Origin: a virus
Length of the DNA stretch: 18,053 nucleotides
Direction: 5' to 3' (one strand)
Virus record (IMG/VR): IMGVR_UViG_3300045816_000022
Under the pieces are notes generated by a model. The model made no database searches and had not been told where the DNA came from. It was given only the letters and a program-made list of their open reading frames with translations. Shown piece by piece: positions 13,544 through 18,053 of this stretch (position 1 is its first letter; each line of letters opens with the position of its first letter). A program made the translations under genes and the position numbers.

Positions 13544-13971
13544 TACGGTTCGGTGGTAGCGCCGACCTTGGTCGGTTCGCTTTCCACTTCCCACTCCAAC
13601 TCGAACGTGTGAGTGGTCTGCGAGCCTGCTTCACCACCGATAGAGGGCTTGCGACCGATCTTGACCATGCCGATGAAGTGCGGCTGGTCATCGGTAGGTT
13701 CAGCGTTACCCCACGGCGCGGCAGTGAACGGCACAGTTTCGCCGGACTGTTCCCACGCGTAGGTCCAAAACGATTCGGTGTCAGTGGACTGGATCGCGGT
13801 CATAGACAGTGTCCACGGGGTCTCACCGTCTGGGTTGCAGTAGGTGACGGTGTCGGTGTCTGGGTCACCTGGTGCAAGCGTCCAACTGGTCACGTCGCAC
13901 TTGTAATCAGTGCCGGGCGTGCCCAGTTTCATCAGGAGGTATTTACCCTTGATGCGGGTTGATTCAGCCAT
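13543..13971 (-). CDS. Putative major tail protein (142 aa)
   Basis: The sequence is beta-rich and Thr/Gly/Trp-rich, typical of small siphovirus tail tube proteins. It has its own Shine-Dalgarno (AAAGGG). Assignment is by composition and neighbourhood, not by motif. Confidence 0.45.
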   Translation of the reverse strand: MAESTRIKGKYLLMKLGTPGTDYKCDVTSWTLAPGDPDTDTVTYCNPDGETPWTLSMTAIQSTDTESFWTYAWEQSGETVPFTAAPWGNAEPTDDQPHFIGMVKIGRKPSIGGEAGSQTTHTFELEWEVESEPTKVGATTEP

Positions 13972-13986
13972 GATGTACGGCCCTTT

Positions 13987-14364
13987 CTATCTGTCGATTT
14001 CGACCGTCACACCGATGGAGACGGCAGGAAAACTGGTGGCTCCCCCGATGACCAGGGAATAGGGTTCAGAGATGCCACCGAGCGCGAGGCGGTAGTCATC
14101 GCCCAGGTGCTCGAACACGGTTTCCGCCATCTGTTCGAGCTGATCGAGGGCGGTTTCGGGTTGCTGCGTCTGCGGTGCCACGAGGCGCAGTTCGTAGGTG
14201 ATCAGCGCTTTGGTGAACACCATCCCGTCACTGACGTAGGGGTCACCGGGCACGAGGATCGCGCACGGTGGGCGTAGTGCGGGTGGGAGCATCGCGTGGG
14301 TGTGGATCGTGGTTTCGTCCTCGATCACCTGGGCGGTGGTACGGCGCGTTGAGGTCAGTTTCAT
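13987..14364 (-). CDS. Tail terminator / tail completion-like protein (125 aa)
   Basis: I trimmed the start to ATG 14364 (MKLTSTRR...), which overlaps the adaptor stop by 1 nt. The position and general pattern (PPCAILVPGDPYV...) are reminiscent of DUF3168-type proteins. Confidence 0.4.
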   Translation of the reverse strand: MKLTSTRRTTAQVIEDETTIHTHAMLPPALRPPCAILVPGDPYVSDGMVFTKALITYELRLVAPQTQQPETALDQLEQMAETVFEHLGDDYRLALGGISEPYSLVIGGATSFPAVSIGVTVEIDR

Positions 14365-14669
14365 CAGAACGCCGGTACCCATCGCCGTAGCAGCGGATAG
14401 GTGGTGATCATCGGATCGAGCGGGGCCGGGATACCCGCCCCACCCTCGGTGATCCCGCCATAGGCGGCTGGTGTCGCGATACGGCGGGCCGAGAGTTTCG
14501 AGGCCGTTTCCAGGTAGGCCTGATCCATGACCGGGTCAGGCACCTGGTTTTGTCCTACGAACTTGTCCACCAGGTCCCGCGCTGCGTCCAGGTGCCCTTG
14601 GAGCACCGCGGAATCGGTCACTTGGTCCCCGATGTAGGCGCGAAACTGATCGACTGTGGGCAGTGCCAT
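14364..14669 (-). CDS. Head-tail adaptor (gp6-like connector, 101 aa)
   Basis: It lies immediately downstream of the capsid gene with a 1-nt overlap (TAATG). Its size and N-terminal pattern (LPTVDQFRAYIG...) are typical of gp6-like adaptors. Confidence 0.65.
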   Translation of the reverse strand: MALPTVDQFRAYIGDQVTDSAVLQGHLDAARDLVDKFVGQNQVPDPVMDQAYLETASKLSARRIATPAAYGGITEGGAGIPAPLDPMITTYPLLRRWVPAF

Positions 14670-16249
14670 TAGTCGAGGGTGACCGGCACGATAGCGCCGG
14701 GGATTTCGTGGGCGAACGCTGCGTAGAAGTACAGCGAGAACGCCTTGGACAGGTTGATGATGTTCTCGTCTTGGAGCGAGACAACGGGGCTGGAGTACTC
14801 GCGCAGGGCGAGGCGGTTGGTCAGCGCTGCACCTGGTGCGGCCTGCTTGAGGTTGACGCGCACCTCAACCCCGGCAAGGTTCGCAGACAGTCCGGTCGGG
14901 TTCAAAGTTCCCACGCTGTTGGTGCCGTCGTTGCGGACGGTCAGCAGCGGGCGACCTGCGGTATCCGTGAGCGCGGCCAGTTCCTTGAAGATGCCTTTGG
15001 AGACCACGAGGTGTTCCAGGGCCAGACCCAGGTCCACGAACTTTTCCGCGCCGTCTACCAGAGCACCTACCCAGTCCACGTAGGTTCCTGCGCCAGCATC
15101 CACGGTGTTGCCTGCGGTGATCTGGGCGGCGACCGCGTTAGCGTACTGGGCGCGCTTGTTGGTGATCTTGCGGCGCGCTGCGGCCAGCGCGAGGGCACGC
15201 AACGCGTGGTCGAGGTAGTTCACGTTGGAGCGCTCAATGGTCTGGCGCGTCAGTTCGGTGTATCCACCGTAGGTCTTGATGTCGGCAGTCTCGGTGGTCA
15301 GCGCGATTTCACCATAGGTGAGGTCGTCGCCTTCGTTTTCCTGCTCGTCCACGGCGCTCGAATCGGATTCGAGTTGACCGTATTCCAGCCTCATTCCCTG
15401 GGCGGGTAGCGCGCCGGTGGAGAAGATGCCGTTGAGCGGGTCCGGGGTGTCGATCAGACGGGTCAGGTCGCCTACCCAGGTCGGCAGGAGGATCGAGTTA
15501 TCGGTGGTAGCGCCCTCATAGGCGCGAGCCATCATTTCGGTGTACTCGGCGCGGGCTTCGTCACCGTCTGGTGCGATAGCGGCCTTGAGGAACTCACCAG
15601 CGCTGCGGAACTGGGATAGTGGCGCAACATCGGTTGCGCTGGCGGTGTCGATTTGCTGGGTCAGCAGGGTTTGACCGCGCTTGAGGTCTTCGATTGCTTC
15701 ATGCAGCGGGGCGAGGGTTTCGGGGTCCATGCGTGTGTTCTCCATTTCGGTGGTGGTGGGTGGTGCGGATTGTGAGCGAACGGCACTGACAGTTGCGCCC
15801 TCGTAGGCGGGGAAGTCCACGAGGGACACTTCGCGCACGAGAACCTTGGTGCGGATAATCTGGGTCAGTTGGTCCTTGGTGGCCGGAACCTCGGTGTGCT
15901 CAAGGGACTTGAACCGAACCGAGAGATGTTCGATTACGCCGTCACGCAGGAGGGTGTAGGCTTCATCGCCACGAGCCGTGCGCGACAGGTAGCCGGTGAT
16001 CTCCCAGCCCTCGTCGGTGTCGCGGGCGGAGATGACTTTGCCGATGGATTCGCGGTGTTGCCAGAAAATCTTTGCGCCCTCGGAGTCCTGGACTGCGCCA
16101 CGCGCAAAGGATTCCTCGTACTCGGTGGCCATCCACCAGTCATTGATCACGGTGGGCGACTCGTACGGGACGGCCAAGCCGGTGAATTCACGGGTTTCCT
16201 CGTTGAACTCACGGATCAACAGGGAGCGTTCAAGCAGTTTCGTTGACAT
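14669..16249 (-). CDS. Prohead protease - major capsid protein fusion (526 aa, HK97-like)
   Basis: I trimmed the start to ATG 16249 (MSTKLLERS...), which is preceded by GAAGGAA. The N-terminal ~175 aa look like an HK97 prohead protease. A helical linker follows, and the C-terminal ~300 aa look like an HK97-fold capsid protein. There is no stop codon and no internal Shine-Dalgarno between the two parts. Confidence 0.8.
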   Translation of the reverse strand: MSTKLLERSLLIREFNEETREFTGLAVPYESPTVINDWWMATEYEESFARGAVQDSEGAKIFWQHRESIGKVISARDTDEGWEITGYLSRTARGDEAYTLLRDGVIEHLSVRFKSLEHTEVPATKDQLTQIIRTKVLVREVSLVDFPAYEGATVSAVRSQSAPPTTTEMENTRMDPETLAPLHEAIEDLKRGQTLLTQQIDTASATDVAPLSQFRSAGEFLKAAIAPDGDEARAEYTEMMARAYEGATTDNSILLPTWVGDLTRLIDTPDPLNGIFSTGALPAQGMRLEYGQLESDSSAVDEQENEGDDLTYGEIALTTETADIKTYGGYTELTRQTIERSNVNYLDHALRALALAAARRKITNKRAQYANAVAAQITAGNTVDAGAGTYVDWVGALVDGAEKFVDLGLALEHLVVSKGIFKELAALTDTAGRPLLTVRNDGTNSVGTLNPTGLSANLAGVEVRVNLKQAAPGAALTNRLALREYSSPVVSLQDENIINLSKAFSLYFYAAFAHEIPGAIVPVTLD

Positions 16250-17354
16250 GGGTTTCCTTCGGGGCGGGTAGGTCGGTGCGCGGTGGCATGTGCTCGATGT
16301 CGCGTGGCTCGTCTGGGTGCATCCACCCACCATCCAGCGCGAGTTTGTACGTCTCGTACCTGGTCTTGGTGTCAGAGCGTAGGAGGGCTTCGACGTTGAA
16401 GCGCACTTCCTGGGTGCCAGGCACCAGGTCCGTCAGCAGGTCCTCAATCGGTTTGAGGTAGGCCATGAGCGTGAACCGGGTGAAGCCGATCCATTCCTGC
16501 TCGACGTTCTGATAGGTCATGCCAGAGCCTTCGACCGCTGCAAGCATCAGCGAGGCGGGCACACCGAGCAGGCGGGCCACATCCAAGACGGTGAGTTGGC
16601 GGGTTTCGACGTACTGGGCGACCTTCGGGGTCATGATGATCGGCGTGTAGTTCAGGCCGTGGCCGAGCACGCGCACCTTACCGTCAGCGGTATCGACCCA
16701 GCGTGTCTTGTATTCCTGGGCATCCTCACCGTTGAGTTGCTGGTCCGTTGAGAGCACGCCACTAGGTACGTCATCGTCGCGGAAGATGTTTGAGGTGTAG
16801 TCGCGTAGGTCCATTGCGCCGCGCAACTCTGGGGTGCCCGCCTCGATAGGTCCCAGGCCCCGCTTGCGGCCAGGAACCGGCACGAACTTAGCGTGCACGA
16901 TCTGGGTCGGTGTGTACTCGTCACCCTTGTACCCATACCGGATGCGGCCTCGGTCATCCTTGTAGACCTGGACCTCATGGGCGGGCAGTACCTCGGCGGT
17001 CAAGATCGACCCGTCCGGCCCGGTGTTCTTACGCACGAACAAGTTGCCGTTCAACGCGAGGTTCATGATCGCAGTTTGAATCCACTCGGACCGGCTGATC
17101 GCCGTGTCCGGCTTACGCACGATAGAGGGCTGGACCGGGACCACTTGCCCGGTCGTGCGCTGGTACGAATCCAGCGAGAGTTGCCCACCAGCAGTGGTCA
17201 AGACCTGCACGGCACGGAATACCGCGCCCAAGCCGAGTGGGCTGGAACCGGCTGGGGTGCGTGGTGGCGGCTTGATCCCCGCCTGCGGGTCTTTTTCACT
17301 CTCGGAGCGCGTGAAACCCAGCCACGCGGCAGTACGTTCAACCCAGTTGATCAT
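16230..17354 (-). CDS. Portal protein (HK97 family, 374 aa)
   Basis: Its size, its position between terL and the protease/capsid gene, and overall sequence character match HK97-type portals. Confidence 0.85.
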   Translation of the reverse strand: MINWVERTAAWLGFTRSESEKDPQAGIKPPPRTPAGSSPLGLGAVFRAVQVLTTAGGQLSLDSYQRTTGQVVPVQPSIVRKPDTAISRSEWIQTAIMNLALNGNLFVRKNTGPDGSILTAEVLPAHEVQVYKDDRGRIRYGYKGDEYTPTQIVHAKFVPVPGRKRGLGPIEAGTPELRGAMDLRDYTSNIFRDDDVPSGVLSTDQQLNGEDAQEYKTRWVDTADGKVRVLGHGLNYTPIIMTPKVAQYVETRQLTVLDVARLLGVPASLMLAAVEGSGMTYQNVEQEWIGFTRFTLMAYLKPIEDLLTDLVPGTQEVRFNVEALLRSDTKTRYETYKLALDGGWMHPDEPRDIEHMPPRTDLPAPKETHVNETA

Positions 17355-17402
17355 GTCGTCAACTTTGATCGTTTAATCAACCTTTGTCAAGGGGTCGGCG
17401 TG

Positions 17403-18053
17403 TCACCACATCTGCAAACCGATGTTTTTGCCCGCGCCATAGGTGGCGACGTGTGCGGCTATCAGCGAGGGGATCGCCGAGCGCGAGCGGCGACGCGAGA
17501 GGGTGGCCACGTCCCCCGCATAGGTTTCGACGGCGTATTTGATTTCCTCGGTGATCTGCGTCGAATCACAATGCGCGAGCACGCCCAGTTCGACGTGTTC
17601 CTTGAACGATGCCCACGACAGCGCGGACGCACGTCCGTCGAGCACGGTCACGCGGTGGCCTTTGGTGGCCAGGCGGGCGGTCACCAGGCGGGCTGGTCCC
17701 CCGTCATCGGCGTACATGGCTTTGGGGCGGGTTTTCTTGAGCAGTTCGAGCAGCCACGGCGTGAGCCAACTCGATCCTTCCCGCTGTTCGAACATGACCA
17801 GGTCGATCCGCGCACCAGACCGTTTGGCCAGGTAGACACTCGCGTAGGATTCGTCAATGGCCACGTCATAGGCCAACGTCCATTCACGAATATTAATGTC
17901 CTCGGTGAATTCGACTGTGCCCTTTTCCCACTTCTCTACATTGATGACGGTTTTCTCACTGTATTTCGTGGGGATATTCATAAAGCCGCGTAGAAAATCC
18001 GCATGGCTATTGTTTTCGGGTTTTGCTTCCTCGGCAAGATCATCGAGGGTAAT
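17403..18053 (-). CDS. terL: Terminase large subunit, C-terminal (nuclease) part; 17927-18053 duplicates 1-127
   Basis: The track ORF 17403..17981 stays open upstream to the window end. Position 17981 corresponds to position 55, and 907-55 is a multiple of 3. The total is 476 aa. Its position just upstream of portal fits a large terminase. Confidence 0.9.
   Translation of the reverse strand: MTLDDLAEEAKPENNSHADFLRGFMNIPTKYSEKTVINVEKWEKGTVEFTEDINIREWTLAYDVAIDESYASVYLAKRSGARIDLVMFEQREGSSWLTPWLLELLKKTRPKAMYADDGGPARLVTARLATKGHRVTVLDGRASALSWASFKEHVELGVLAHCDSTQITEEIKYAVETYAGDVATLSRRRSRSAIPSLIAAHVATYGAGKNIGLQMW
17927..18053. repeat. Terminal overlap, copy 2 (identical to 1-127)
   Basis: Same comparison as copy 1. 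The overlap lies inside the terL coding sequence and is in frame. Confidence 0.95.

Larger units (their letters stand above)
1..17926. mobile_element. Complete circular genome of a small temperate siphovirus-type (HK97-like) phage; unique length 17,926 bp
   Basis: The window holds a full packaging, head, tail and lysis module plus a repressor/integrase module. The two window ends overlap by 127 identical bases. Joining them restores one uninterrupted 476-codon terminase ORF. Confidence 0.8.

Noticed and set aside
7928-17993. Long plus-strand ORFs opposite the structural genes, for example 8025-8537, 10727-11671, 14663-15409 and 16893-17993.
   Set aside because: Each lies fully inside a well-supported minus-strand gene (minor tail, tape measure, capsid, portal/terL). 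Their products are Arg/Gly/His/Val-rich and low in complexity, which is typical of antisense shadow ORFs in G+C-rich DNA.
1-18053. CRISPR arrays, tandem repeat arrays, IS elements, and rRNA or tRNA genes.
   Set aside because: I found no regularly spaced repeats, no transposase-like ORFs and no further TTCGAA-type T-loop signatures with a foldable cloverleaf on either strand.

Overview
The window is a complete, circularly closed genome of a very small temperate HK97-like siphovirus (phage or excised prophage). It looks like it comes from a G+C-rich Gram-positive, Actinobacteria-like host. Bases 1-127 are identical to 17927-18053, so the unique sequence is 17,926 bp, and the junction falls inside the large terminase ORF without breaking its frame.

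Nearly all genes are on the minus strand. In transcription order they are:
- a Cro/Xis-like HTH gene;
- five tightly coupled early ORFans, followed by tandem terminators and a roughly 350-bp ORF-free structured region;
- a Cys-rich protein, a 67-aa protein and an HNH endonuclease, followed by an AT-rich gap that is a candidate cos site;
- TerS, TerL (spanning the junction) and portal;
- a prohead protease fused to the major capsid protein;
- adaptor, tail-terminator-like protein, putative major tail protein and an HK97 gp10-like protein;
- a tail assembly chaperone with a candidate -1 frameshift, a 970-aa tape measure and two tail-tip proteins;
- endolysin, holin and a membrane protein.

The plus strand carries only three genes: an XRE-type repressor, a tyrosine integrase immediately downstream of it, and one reverse-oriented 125-aa ORF of unknown function.

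The most interesting signal is a 35-nt tRNA 3'-end fragment (a candidate attP core) that sits inside the 3' end of the repressor ORF. The repressor ends in an ssrA-like ...AIAA tail. This is the architecture of integration-dependent immunity, previously known (from memory) only in some mycobacteriophage clusters.

I saw no tRNA or rRNA genes, no CRISPR array and no recognisable replication genes. All functional calls rest on motif recognition by eye and on gene order. No database search was possible.
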